Below, piece after piece: positions 9,059-19,160 of a stretch of DNA of 64,000 nucleotides. Location: the NCBI GenBank assembly GCA_965197475.1, contig CBDANF010000003.1, positions 768,001-832,000 of the forward strand. The letters run 5' to 3'. Within the stretch, counting starts at the first letter, position 1; each line of letters starts with the position of its first letter. Below the pieces are notes generated by a model that was given only the letters and a program-made list of their open reading frames with translations, ran no database searches and had not been told where the DNA came from. This DNA is from Candidatus Poribacteria bacterium. GTDB taxonomy: Bacteria > Poribacteria > WGA-4E > WGA-3G. A program made the translations under genes and the position numbers.

Positions 9059-11584
9059 ATGTGCCTAATGAAAACGACATACCAGTTTCTGACCATCTCA
9101 TTTTTAATTTTTGCACTAATTTTGCCGAATGTATCTGCTTCCGATTACACTAAATGGCACTTACCTGAAGGTGCAAAAGCACGTCTTGGTAAAGGCACTA
9201 TAAATGATATAACATATTTTCCTGACGGAAGTAAGATTGCTGTGGCGACTAATATCGGTATTTGGATTTACGATGCGAAAACTGGTAAAGAACTTGATCT
9301 GATTATAGGAAATACAGGGACAGTCAATAGTGTGTCCTTCTCTCCTGATGGGAACATCCTTGCTGGTGCAGGTAGTTATCCTGAAGGAACAGTTCGCTTA
9401 TGGAATGCTGCTACAATAGAGCATGTAGCTACTCTCATGGGACATTATGACAGTGTTACTTCTATTTCATATTCTCCAGATGGCAAAACAATCGCCAGTG
9501 TACATTCGGATGGCACGGTACGTTTATGGAACGCTGGCACCGCACAATACAAAACTTCCTTTAAATTAGGTTATCATACTATCAGCTCAGTTGTGTATTC
9601 CCCGGATGGTAAAACAATCGCCAGTGCAATAAGTGCAATAGAGGGTAATAACAATATTTGTTTTTGGGATGCTACTACAGGAAAACTTAAAGCCTCTTTT
9701 ACAGATCATACGGGCAGTGTTCGTTCAGTTGCATACTCCCCGGATGGTAAAACGATTGCTAGCGCAAGTGATGATAAGACAGTGCGCTTGTGGAATGCTA
9801 ACACAGGTGAACTGGAGATTTATCCACTCTTGGGGCATACGGATAGTGTCCGTTCAGTTGTGTATTCGCCCGATGGTAAAACGATTGCTAGCGCAAGTGA
9901 TGATAAGACAGTGCGCTTGTGGAATGCTAACACAGGTGAACTGGAGATTTATCCACTCTTGGGGCATACGGATAGTGTCCGTTCAGTTGTGTATTCGCCC
10001 GACGGCAAAACAATCGCTAGCGCAAGTGATGCCGAGGTTCGCTTGTGGGATGCTGCTACAGGGAAGCATAAAACCACTCTCATAGGGCATACTCCTAGCA
10101 GGGTTCATTCAGTTGTATATTCGCCCGATGGTAAAACGATTGCTAGCGCAAGTGATGCCGAGGTTCGCTTGTGGGATGCTGCCGAGGTTCGCTTGTGGGA
10201 TGCTGCTACAGGGAAGCATAAAACCACTCTCATAGAGCATACTGATACTGGTAGTGTCCATTCAGTTGTGTATTCGCCCGATGGTAAAACGATTGCTAGC
10301 GCAACTGATGCCGAGGTTCGCTTGTGGGATGCTGCTACAGAGAAACATAAATATTCCCCGGATGGTAAAACAATCGCTGGTAAAATAAGGTCCTATCCAA
10401 AAAGTAATGAAAAACTATTGGTCACTTTGAATTTGTCTTTGTGGGATGCTAATACAGGAAAATTGAAAACCAATTTTGTTACACCAGAGAAAGTTTCTAT
10501 TTTTCACATTGAGAGTGAGTACGCTTTTGCGTATTCCCCAGATGGTAGGACAATCGCTAACGGAAGGGAGGATGGCACTGTGCAATTGTGGGATATTACC
10601 ACAAGAAAACACAAAATTACTTTGAAAGGACATGCTAGTAGTGTCTGTTCCGTGGCATATTCACCTGATGGCAGAACAATTGCTAGTGCTGCTAGTGCAA
10701 GTTATGAGAAAGGTACTCCTTGTAGAGGTAAGTCCATTCGTCTTTGGGATACTGTTACAGGAAAACACAAAACTACCCTCACAGGGTATATTGGTGATAT
10801 TATTTGTATTGCATATTCTCCGGATGGTAAAATAATCGCTGGTGGAAACAGTAATGGGACCATTCTTTTATGGGATGTTAGTATGTTCGCCTCAAAAATT
10901 CCCGAGAAAGTTCCCACAGACACACAGCAATTGCCTACGCTACAAACTCCGTCAATGGTTTCTCAGCAGAAAACAGAAAACACTACTCAGCAAGCAAACG
11001 CCTCACTAACTCCTCAGCAAATTGCGGAAAAAGCATTAGCCTCTACAGTCCTGATCGTTATGGGAGATGCAAACGGCAAACCACTTAGTTCAGGCAGCGG
11101 TTTTTTTATCGAAAAGGGTTTGATCGTAACTAATCATCACGTTGTTGAAAAGGGAACAAGAGGAACTTATAAACAGGTTGGCAAGGATAAATGGTACAAC
11201 ATCACGGACACTGTCAAGATAGATAAGCAACGTGATTTAGTTATTCTTAAGGTCTCGGATATTGACGCGCCAGCACTTCCACTCGGAGACAGCAACGAGG
11301 TCCAGATTGGGCAGTCTGTTTACGCTGTGGGAAATCCAATTGGATTTTTGGAAGGCACATTCGCGCCGGGTTTTATTAGTAGTATACGTGGGAAAGAACC
11401 CAACAAAAGTATTCAGATTACCGCACCGGTTTCGCCAGGGAGCAGCGGGGGACCGCTCCTGAACGACAAAGGTCAAGTGATAGGTATTGTTGTGGGCGGT
11501 ATCACAGAGGGACAAAATCTAAATTTTGCGATACCTTCAAATTATCTCAAAGAATTGTTAGATAAAGTGAAAAATCGTAAATAA
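9059..11584 (+). CDS. Secreted WD40-repeat protein with C-terminal trypsin-like (S1C) serine protease
   Basis: Signal peptide, many YSPDG..IAS..VRLW repeats, TNHHV / DL / PGSSGGP catalytic triad. Confidence 0.92.
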   Translation: MCLMKTTYQFLTISFLIFALILPNVSASDYTKWHLPEGAKARLGKGTINDITYFPDGSKIAVATNIGIWIYDAKTGKELDLIIGNTGTVNSVSFSPDGNILAGAGSYPEGTVRLWNAATIEHVATLMGHYDSVTSISYSPDGKTIASVHSDGTVRLWNAGTAQYKTSFKLGYHTISSVVYSPDGKTIASAISAIEGNNNICFWDATTGKLKASFTDHTGSVRSVAYSPDGKTIASASDDKTVRLWNANTGELEIYPLLGHTDSVRSVVYSPDGKTIASASDDKTVRLWNANTGELEIYPLLGHTDSVRSVVYSPDGKTIASASDAEVRLWDAATGKHKTTLIGHTPSRVHSVVYSPDGKTIASASDAEVRLWDAAEVRLWDAATGKHKTTLIEHTDTGSVHSVVYSPDGKTIASATDAEVRLWDAATEKHKYSPDGKTIAGKIRSYPKSNEKLLVTLNLSLWDANTGKLKTNFVTPEKVSIFHIESEYAFAYSPDGRTIANGREDGTVQLWDITTRKHKITLKGHASSVCSVAYSPDGRTIASAASASYEKGTPCRGKSIRLWDTVTGKHKTTLTGYIGDIICIAYSPDGKIIAGGNSNGTILLWDVSMFASKIPEKVPTDTQQLPTLQTPSMVSQQKTENTTQQANASLTPQQIAEKALASTVLIVMGDANGKPLSSGSGFFIEKGLIVTNHHVVEKGTRGTYKQVGKDKWYNITDTVKIDKQRDLVILKVSDIDAPALPLGDSNEVQIGQSVYAVGNPIGFLEGTFAPGFISSIRGKEPNKSIQITAPVSPGSSGGPLLNDKGQVIGIVVGGITEGQNLNFAIPSNYLKELLDKVKNRK
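9743..10002. repeat. Perfect 129-bp tandem duplication within the WD40 gene
   Basis: Identical units start at 9743 and 9872. Confidence 0.9.
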
Positions 11585-11654
11585 GACTTGTTGAAGTAAA
11601 CTCCAATCATAAAGGTGCGTGTTCTGAAATTAAAGCAAGCACGGTGTAAACAAG

Positions 11655-12080
11655 ATGAAAAATGTTTTTCTTTTTTCAGTCCTCTTTTGTGCAATCACGT
11701 TGCCAGTTTTTGGTCAGTTAACAGATACCGATCTCAATAAAATTCGATTGATTATCAGTGAGGAAATCAAGAAAGAAAGTTCTACAACTAACAAAAAGAT
11801 TGACGCGTTAGATGCTAAAATTGACACGTTAGATACTCGGATTCAGAATGTAGAGAAAGATGTTGCATGGGTACGCGGAAAACTTGATGGCATTGATAAA
11901 CAGATCGCGCACGCAACAAATATCACTTATGGACTAATAGCATTCATAGTCGCAGCTGTAGCAGTCCCACAAATTCTCATCGCGTTGCGCAGCGGAAGGG
12001 ATCGCGCCCTCGAAAGACAGGTTGAAACGCTCACACGAGAAGTCGAAACGCTAAAGCAACAACGAATTGTTAACCCTTGA
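11655..12080 (+). CDS. Hypothetical coiled-coil membrane protein
   Basis: Signal peptide, heptad repeats (KIDALDAKIDTLD), C-terminal TM helix. Confidence 0.75.
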   Translation: MKNVFLFSVLFCAITLPVFGQLTDTDLNKIRLIISEEIKKESSTTNKKIDALDAKIDTLDTRIQNVEKDVAWVRGKLDGIDKQIAHATNITYGLIAFIVAAVAVPQILIALRSGRDRALERQVETLTREVETLKQQRIVNP

Positions 12081-12119
12081 AAATCACAACTATGAAATAT
12101 TCTGAAGGAGGAATACAAA

Positions 12120-13538
12120 ATGGCAGCCCCTGAAACGAGACAAATTGACGATATCGGGATGAGTAAAGATTATAAATACGGGTTCCACGATGATCGTAAG
12201 CCAACGTTTAAATCCCGAAAAGGATTGGACGAGGAAGTCATCAATCAGATGTGCGACATCAAAGAGGAACCGGATTGGATGCGTCAGTATAGGCTTGAAG
12301 CATATAAAATCTTTAAGCAGAAACCAATGACGAAATGGGGTGGCGATCTTTCGCAGCTCGATTTTGACGACATCTACTACTACGTCAAAGCCTCTGACCG
12401 AAGCGAACGCAGTTGGGATGATGTGCCGGATGACATCAAGAAAACCTTCGATCGGCTCGGTATACCAGAAGCAGAACGGAAGTTCCTCGCTGGGGTCGGT
12501 GCACAATACGATTCTGAGGTAGTTTACCATAGCATCGCTGAAGAATTGGATAAAATTGGCGTCATTTTCGTTGATACGGATACTGCTGTCAAAGAATATC
12601 CTGACCTTGTGAAGAAATACTTTGGAACTATTATTCCATCCGCTGATAATCAATTCGCCGCGCTGAACAGTGCTGCCTGGAGTGGTGGTAGTTTTGTTTA
12701 TGTTCCCCCTGGTGTAAAGGTTGAATACCCGCTGCAAGCCTATTTCCGAATCAACACCGAAAACATGGGGCAGTTTGAACGCACGCTCATCATCGCTGAC
12801 GAAGGTTCACAGGTGCATTATGTTGAAGGCTGCACTGCGCCGACATTTAGCAGTGAATCCTTACATAGCGCAGTCGTTGAGATTGTCTGCATGAAAGGTT
12901 CGCGGGTGCGCTACACAACTATCCAGAATTGGGCAGATAATGTATACAATCTCGTTACCAAACGTGCGCTTGCTTACCAAGACGCGCAGATGGAATGGGT
13001 TGATGGCAATCTCGGTAGTAAGTTGACGATGAAGTATCCGAGTGTCTACATGATGGAACCCGGTGCGCGGGGAGAAATTCTCTCCATTGCGTTTGCACGC
13101 AAAGGACAGCATCAGGATGCGGGTGCCAAAGTCTTCCATTGCGCGCCACACACCACATCTCAGATTACGTCAAAGTCCATCAGTAAAGATGGCGGACGTT
13201 CCAGTTATCGTGGCTGGGTTGATGTCGCGAAGGGCGCAAAGGGCTGCAAATCGCATGTCGTTTGTGATGCTCTCCTCCTTGATAAAGACTCACGTTCCGA
13301 TACCTATCCGGTCATCGAAATTAATGAAAACGATACCAACATTGAACACGAGGCGCGTGTTAGCAAAATCGGTGAAGAGCAGCTCTTCTATCTGATGAGC
13401 CGTGGGCTTTCGGAAGAGGAAGCATCTACCATGATTGTCAACGGATTCATTGAACCGCTTGTCAAAGAGCTTCCGATGGAATATGCTGTTGAGATGAACC
13501 GCCTCATCCAACTTCAGATGGAAGGTTCAGTCGGATAA
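12120..13538 (+). CDS. sufB: Fe-S cluster assembly scaffold
   Basis: [36 protein letters not shown]. Confidence 0.97.
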   Translation: MAAPETRQIDDIGMSKDYKYGFHDDRKPTFKSRKGLDEEVINQMCDIKEEPDWMRQYRLEAYKIFKQKPMTKWGGDLSQLDFDDIYYYVKASDRSERSWDDVPDDIKKTFDRLGIPEAERKFLAGVGAQYDSEVVYHSIAEELDKIGVIFVDTDTAVKEYPDLVKKYFGTIIPSADNQFAALNSAAWSGGSFVYVPPGVKVEYPLQAYFRINTENMGQFERTLIIADEGSQVHYVEGCTAPTFSSESLHSAVVEIVCMKGSRVRYTTIQNWADNVYNLVTKRALAYQDAQMEWVDGNLGSKLTMKYPSVYMMEPGARGEILSIAFARKGQHQDAGAKVFHCAPHTTSQITSKSISKDGGRSSYRGWVDVAKGAKGCKSHVVCDALLLDKDSRSDTYPVIEINENDTNIEHEARVSKIGEEQLFYLMSRGLSEEEASTMIVNGFIEPLVKELPMEYAVEMNRLIQLQMEGSVG

Positions 13539-13637
13539 TACGAGGCGTTGTAGGGCGAGGTCTCCGGTGAATGCCATAAGCGCGTTCATACCGTTGATTT
13601 GGTGCCTCAGCCTTACTTCCCTTGAGGGAACAAAAAA

Positions 13638-14999
13638 TTGCAAACAGGTGATTTTTCAAAAGATTTTGTTAAGAAAATAGCACGGGCCGAACCGCAGTGG
13701 ATGCGTGAAAGGCGGTTGGAGGCATACTCACTTTATGAGTCGTTGCCGATGCCACATACCACTGAAGATGATGTATGGCGGCGCACCGTTGATATGCGTA
13801 CCCAAGATTACTGGCGGCGAACTCGGCGATTTCTCCGTGGATTCGCAGTCGAAAATTATCATCCCGCTGCCAAAATGAATGGAGGCGCGTCGGTTGAAGT
13901 GCCTAAAGATTTTGAGGATGCTGCGGGTGGACTTGTCCAAATAGATGGACAATCGCAACACGCCTCTATATCCGCAGAACTTGAAAAAAAGGATGTCTAT
14001 TTCGCTGACCTTCACACAGCACTAAAAGAGCGCGGCGAACTGCTCCGTGACTACTTTATGACAAAGGCGGTCACATTAGAAACTATGTTAAAAAGTGGGA
14101 ATCTCGCCACTCAGAACGCGTTTGATGCACTCCATGGCGCGTTTTGGCAGGGAGGTTACGTTCTACACGTCCCGAAAGGCGTGAGGGTCGAAATTCCACT
14201 GCGGGTTTATATCAGACTCGCCGAAGAACAACACGCGGATCTGTCACATACGCTCATCATCGCTGAAGAAAACAGTGAAGTTGTGATTTTGGAAGATAAT
14301 TCGTCAGCTAACCAAGATGCGGGTGGTTTTCACTGCGGGGCAGTTGAGATTTTCGCAGGGCAGAATGCAAATGTTACTTATGTGCAGGTTCAAAACTGGA
14401 ATCGGCAGGTATGGAATTTCGCGTCTCACCGAGCAATGGTGGGTAAAGATGCACAACTCACATGGGTAACAGCCGCTTTTGGCGGTAGATTGAACAAGTT
14501 GAACCAGGCGATTGTCTTAGAAGGGAACGGGGCGAACGCGCAAATGTTAGGATTGGCTTTTACCGATGCGCGACAACACTTAGACGTAAGCACAGCACAA
14601 GAACACGTTTCACCCTATACCTCCAGCGATCTGCTATATAGGGTTGTCCTAAAAGATAGATCACAAACAGCCTGGGGTGGCAATATCTATGTGTATCCAA
14701 CGGCAAATTATACTGATGCGTATCAGAAAAATGATAATCTGTTGCTGAGCGAACGCGCCCATGCAGATACCCTGCCGGGATTGGAAATTCAGGCACATGA
14801 GGTCCGTTGCACACACGGTGCCACTGCTGGCAAGATTGATGCTGATCAAGTTTTCTACTTGATGAGTCGTGGAATACCTTACGCACAAGCTGAAAAACTG
14901 ATTGTTGATGGGTTTTTTCAACCCGTTATGGATCGAATCCCTATGGAATCGGTCCGAGAAGAACTGCAAGAATTTGTCTCACGCAAGTTAGAAACATAA
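13638..14999 (+). CDS. sufD: Fe-S cluster assembly protein
   Basis: PGLEIQAHEVRCTHGATAG, FYLMSRGI; follows sufB. Confidence 0.93.
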   Translation: MQTGDFSKDFVKKIARAEPQWMRERRLEAYSLYESLPMPHTTEDDVWRRTVDMRTQDYWRRTRRFLRGFAVENYHPAAKMNGGASVEVPKDFEDAAGGLVQIDGQSQHASISAELEKKDVYFADLHTALKERGELLRDYFMTKAVTLETMLKSGNLATQNAFDALHGAFWQGGYVLHVPKGVRVEIPLRVYIRLAEEQHADLSHTLIIAEENSEVVILEDNSSANQDAGGFHCGAVEIFAGQNANVTYVQVQNWNRQVWNFASHRAMVGKDAQLTWVTAAFGGRLNKLNQAIVLEGNGANAQMLGLAFTDARQHLDVSTAQEHVSPYTSSDLLYRVVLKDRSQTAWGGNIYVYPTANYTDAYQKNDNLLLSERAHADTLPGLEIQAHEVRCTHGATAGKIDADQVFYLMSRGIPYAQAEKLIVDGFFQPVMDRIPMESVREELQEFVSRKLET

Positions 15000-15041
15000 C
15001 AAAACGAAGCGCGTCATAAGACGTTGCCACAATAAAAAGGA

Positions 15042-15161
15042 CAGAATTTACGCATTCCCCCTCGATAAGGGGGTTAGGGGTTAAAAAATCGTTATTTTAG
15101 CTATTTAACCCCCTAAATCCCCCTTATCAAGGGGACTTTAAGAGGAAATGCGTAAGTCCTG
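15042..15161. repeat. Palindromic MITE/REPIN-like element; partial copy at ~59119-59165
   Basis: Ends CAGAATTTACGCA / TGCGTAAGTCCTG; internal arms TCCCCCTCGATAAGGGGG / CCCCCTTATCAAGGGGA. Confidence 0.75.
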
Positions 15162-15176
15162 AAGGAGTAACCAACA

Positions 15177-15518
15177 ATGAATCAACCCAAAATTATCGCC
15201 TATATGAAACCTGTCTGTGGCTGGAGCAACGGTGTCCGTGCCATATTCGACAAATATAATTTGGAATATGAAGACAGAGATATTATCAACAACGAAGACA
15301 ACTATCGTGAAATGGTTCAGAAGACACGGCAACCTTACCAACCGTCTGTCCAGATTGATGACATCATACTTGCCGATGTCAGCGGCGACGAAGTGGAAGC
15401 ATATCTGCTTGAGGAAGGCATTGTGACCACTAATGATGCCGAAACGGATGTCCCAACTGATCAGGCATGCGAAAGCCACGATACAGCTCCTGTCAATATC
15501 GGCTTCCCGAGCAGGTAA
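15177..15518 (+). CDS. Monothiol glutaredoxin-like protein (CGWS)
   Basis: YMKPVCGWS active site, QPYQPSVQID cis-Pro loop; suf context. Confidence 0.85.
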   Translation: MNQPKIIAYMKPVCGWSNGVRAIFDKYNLEYEDRDIINNEDNYREMVQKTRQPYQPSVQIDDIILADVSGDEVEAYLLEEGIVTTNDAETDVPTDQACESHDTAPVNIGFPSR

Positions 15519-15542
15519 ATCTATTTCATAGAAATACAATGG

Positions 15543-15567
15543 TATGCGCGCTTTCTAAGCGCGCATA
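15543..15567 (+). terminator. Stem-loop after glutaredoxin
   Basis: TATGCGCGCTT-TCT-AAGCGCGCATA; no U-tract. Confidence 0.45.
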
Positions 15568-15582
15568 TATTGAGGTTAACTT

Positions 15583-16071
15583 GTAGGTTAGATAGAGCGA
15601 AGCGAAACTAACAAACCGATAAGTGATAGCGAACAAGGATAGAATTATGTGTAACGACGATTATGTATATGGCGACGACTATTTAGATGAACCTATAGAC
15701 CCAGGCGAACGCGCGCTTGAAAGGAGAAAGCATGCACTACGCGCGTTGAATGAAGGAGGCGTGTTTATTGGACTAACGTTATGTACAACTCAATCATTAA
15801 GAGAACAATTAGATTGCTTTCTACTTAAGCCTCCCCTTTCACAGATGTTTTTGAGCGAACGCGAGATACATCATTTGTTAGAGCATGGTTATATTCCAGG
15901 TAAGGATATCATCCTAAATGTTGATTCCTTCTTGATAGATGAACCAAGTATTGATGGTGTTCGCCCACCTTTGATTGTTGAATACTTCGGTTATAAACAT
16001 GAGTGGTCTGATCCATCTGAATTATGAATGACGCGGATTATGTTGGGTTTCGCAAGCTCAACCCAACCTAC
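15583..16071. repeat. Inverted pair of GTAG-type REP elements flanking a small ORF
   Basis: GTAGGTTAGATAGAGCGAAGCGAAACTAACA (15583-15613) and TGTTGGGTTTCGCAAGCTCAACCCAACCTAC (16041-16071). Confidence 0.7.
15623..16027 (+). CDS. Hypothetical protein
   Basis: 134-aa ORF; start may be the ATG at 15647; no recognised domain. Confidence 0.55.
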   Translation: MIANKDRIMCNDDYVYGDDYLDEPIDPGERALERRKHALRALNEGGVFIGLTLCTTQSLREQLDCFLLKPPLSQMFLSEREIHHLLEHGYIPGKDIILNVDSFLIDEPSIDGVRPPLIVEYFGYKHEWSDPSEL

Positions 16072-16239
16072 GGACTACTGGAACACTAGAAAACTACCCT
16101 TTTAATCGATTCAATAACAAAAAGGTAAAATTCTTTAGCTAACATCAATACGAATTATCGGTTGTACTACTCAGGATCATCAGTTTAAATTTTTCTGTTG
16201 AGGACATTTACAAACTTCATTAAAAAGGAGCTTATTTTC

Positions 16240-16782
16240 ATGGATACGAAAGAAAAGGAAAGTAAATTTTGCGAAGAACAAATCGCAAAATTAAAGGATA
16301 AAAAGAAATTTTACAAATCTAAAATCGATGCTTATGCAAAACCTGGCAAAGCAAAAGATTATCACTATCGGGCACGAGCGAAGGTTGAACTTGCAGAGCT
16401 GCCTGATTTCATCATGGCAGAGTTAGAAAAAAGACAGAAATATGAATCTGCAATTCAAGATTTAGACGAAGCCATAAAAGGTGAAAAGGATGATTATCAT
16501 CAAATGTGGAATTATCACCTCCGGGCAAAAGCAAAGGTTGAACTTGGAAAACGCGAATCTGCAATTAACGATTTAAACAAAGCTTTACAACTTTATCCAG
16601 ATGAACATGGTCGAATGTGGAACTATCACCTCCAGGCACGAGTATATTGTGATCTTGGACTCTTTGAATGTGCATCTGCAGACATAGAAGAGGCTGAAAA
16701 GATAGACCCGGTTGAATATCAAAATAACGAATTAAAAAAAAGGATTTTAAGAAAACGGAATGAAGAAGATAGATCGGATTGA
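16240..16782 (+). CDS. TPR-repeat protein
   Basis: AAGGAG RBS; repeated YHLRAKAKVEL...ESAIxDLxxA helices. Confidence 0.8.
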   Translation: MDTKEKESKFCEEQIAKLKDKKKFYKSKIDAYAKPGKAKDYHYRARAKVELAELPDFIMAELEKRQKYESAIQDLDEAIKGEKDDYHQMWNYHLRAKAKVELGKRESAINDLNKALQLYPDEHGRMWNYHLQARVYCDLGLFECASADIEEAEKIDPVEYQNNELKKRILRKRNEEDRSD

Positions 16783-16784
16783 TA

Positions 16785-18314
16785 ATGAACACCCTATACT
16801 TCGGTGATAACCTTGAAGTCATGCGAGAAATGGGCGACCAAAACGTCGACCTAATCTGCACCGATCCGCCCTTCAACAGTGGACGCGATTACAACGCGTT
16901 CCTGACCGACTCGCTGGCACAATCCAAAGCGTTTACGGATACATGGACATGGGACGATCCCGCAAAAGATTCCCGTGCCGACATAGAAAGACGCGCCCTC
17001 ACCAGCGACACTTACAAAGCACTGGACACCTGCCTGAAAGGATATGATCTTGTGCTGCAAAATGCGGTGTCCGGGAATAAAGGGTCAATGCGTGCGTATC
17101 TGACATTTATGGGCCCGCGGCTAGCGGAGATGCACCGCATCCTCAAAGACACAGGGAGCATCTATCTACACTGCGATCCGACCGCAAGCCATTACCTCAA
17201 GGGCGTGATGGACGCAATCTGGGATCAGAGGAATCGAAAGAAAAATGAACATTTTCGAAATGAAATTGTATGGTCATATCAACGCTGGACAGGTGCGACA
17301 AAACATTTTCAAAGAATGCATGATATTATTCTGTTTTATGGTCAAGATAATCAGTTAGCGAAGTTCAATATATTAACAGAACCATATAGTGAGAAATCCA
17401 AACACCAGGGAAAGAGACATACAACTTTTCAAGATGATGGAAGTATAGAACAAGTTTATACAGGAGACACCAGCCGGGAAAAAGCAATGCGAGACGTTTG
17501 GGAAATCTCTTACCTAAATTCCCAATCCAAAGAACGCCTCGGTTACCCCACACAAAAACCGCGCGCCCTCTATGAACGGATGATCCGAGCCTCCAGCAAC
17601 GAAGGCGATCTCGTCATGGATCCCTTTGCCGGTTGTGGTACAACAATAGACGCAGCACACACGCTCAATCGGTTCTGGATAGGAATTGACCTCACAATTC
17701 TCTCGCTTGACCCGATGCGCCGCCGCCTTGCAGACAGGCACGGCTTGGAACCGTCAAAAGACTACGAAATCCACGGCTACCCGACAAATATGCAAGAAGT
17801 ACGCATGCTTGTCCGTGACGAAAAGAAATATCACGACTTCTCTAACTGGGCAGTTACACGGCTCGGTCTCCAACCGACAAAATCTGTTGGCGATGGCGGT
17901 AGGGATGGCGAGGCAGAGGTCGGGCATATCACGCTCTGGGACCCGGAGGAAGGAGAAACCACAAACACGCGGATATTTGCTGAAGTCAAAAGCGGTAAAC
18001 CCACTATTGATCAAGTCAAGTCATTCTGCCGCACAATGGATAAACACAATGCGATCGGTGTCTTTATTACGATTGAGTCTGTCAGTGCTGGCATGCGTCA
18101 AGAAGCAGCGGATATGGGCACGTTCTTACATAACAACGAGACTTTTCCAAAACTACAGTTCTGGCAGATAGACGATGCCTATTTTGAAAATCCGAGTTCT
18201 CTGCGGAGTCTTATCCGTTTACCGAAGCAGTGGCTTGAACCGATGCGGAAGATGGAACGGCATTTTACGGATGCACAGATGTCTCTCCTTAATCTGCGTG
18301 GGAATGTCGATTAA
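16785..18314 (+). CDS. Beta-class amino-DNA methyltransferase fused to an Mrr-like restriction endonuclease domain
   Basis: DPPF motif IV, YPTQKP, DPFAGCGTT motif I; C-terminal DGGRDG...EVKSG. Confidence 0.88.
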   Translation: MNTLYFGDNLEVMREMGDQNVDLICTDPPFNSGRDYNAFLTDSLAQSKAFTDTWTWDDPAKDSRADIERRALTSDTYKALDTCLKGYDLVLQNAVSGNKGSMRAYLTFMGPRLAEMHRILKDTGSIYLHCDPTASHYLKGVMDAIWDQRNRKKNEHFRNEIVWSYQRWTGATKHFQRMHDIILFYGQDNQLAKFNILTEPYSEKSKHQGKRHTTFQDDGSIEQVYTGDTSREKAMRDVWEISYLNSQSKERLGYPTQKPRALYERMIRASSNEGDLVMDPFAGCGTTIDAAHTLNRFWIGIDLTILSLDPMRRRLADRHGLEPSKDYEIHGYPTNMQEVRMLVRDEKKYHDFSNWAVTRLGLQPTKSVGDGGRDGEAEVGHITLWDPEEGETTNTRIFAEVKSGKPTIDQVKSFCRTMDKHNAIGVFITIESVSAGMRQEAADMGTFLHNNETFPKLQFWQIDDAYFENPSSLRSLIRLPKQWLEPMRKMERHFTDAQMSLLNLRGNVD

Positions 18315-18326
18315 ACGGAGAAAATC

Positions 18327-19133
18327 ATGGATACCGTAAACGACTTTGAAATCAAACAGAGAAAGTATATGCCCATCTTTCCAAAAGCGAGTGGCAAACC
18401 GACTGTGTACATTAAAGGTTATCCGTGTGAGGACGACGAACCTATGGCTGAAACCGATTTTCACGCTGAACAGATAACCACGTTATCCGACCAACTCAAG
18501 CGATATTTCGCAATCAACGAGCTGGTTCACATCGCCGTTGACAGTTTTATCTATTATCGCGAAGGCGACATCACAAAATGTGTCGTCCCTGATATCCACA
18601 TCGTGTTTGGTGTTGAGAAATACCCCCTACGCCGCAGTTTCTATACGTGGGCGGAGGGTGCAGCACCCGTTGCTGTTTTTGAGTTTCTTTCTGATTCAAC
18701 AGCACATCAGGATCGGAATGAAAAAGTTGCGTTGTATCTAAATGATATAGGTGTTCAGGAATACTTTATCCATCAACCGGAATTGAAGAAACCAGCGGAG
18801 TTTCGTGGGTGGAAGCGGAATCCATCGGGTAACATCGTTGAGATAGTGTCGGATGCGGAAGGCGGCTTGTTCAGCAAAGCGTTAAATCTCTGGTTTCGGT
18901 GGAAGGAGGATCAGACGACACACGTGAGACTTTTACGTCCATATCTGCCTGACGGCACACCGATTACAACTTCTATGGAAGAACAACATCTTAAAGAGGT
19001 GGCAGAGGCACGGGCAGAGGAAGAGGCACAACGACGACAAGAAGCAGAGGCACTTGTTGAAGAAGAAAAACAGCGTCGACAGGAATTAGAAGCGGAGATA
19101 GAACGACTCCAAGCACAACTTGCGAACCGTTAA
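18327..19133 (+). CDS. Uma2 family endonuclease
   Basis: PMAETDFH, VPDIHIVFG, FEFLSDST, GVQEYFI, coiled-coil tail. Confidence 0.9.
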   Translation: MDTVNDFEIKQRKYMPIFPKASGKPTVYIKGYPCEDDEPMAETDFHAEQITTLSDQLKRYFAINELVHIAVDSFIYYREGDITKCVVPDIHIVFGVEKYPLRRSFYTWAEGAAPVAVFEFLSDSTAHQDRNEKVALYLNDIGVQEYFIHQPELKKPAEFRGWKRNPSGNIVEIVSDAEGGLFSKALNLWFRWKEDQTTHVRLLRPYLPDGTPITTSMEEQHLKEVAEARAEEEAQRRQEAEALVEEEKQRRQELEAEIERLQAQLANR

Positions 19134-19160
19134 AAGATAATTGAATCTGTTGGATCTAAT

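Noticed and set aside
9743-10340. Diversity-generating retroelement TR/VR pair
   Set aside because: The repeats are in-frame WD40 units without adenine-specific mismatches; no reverse transcriptase in the window.
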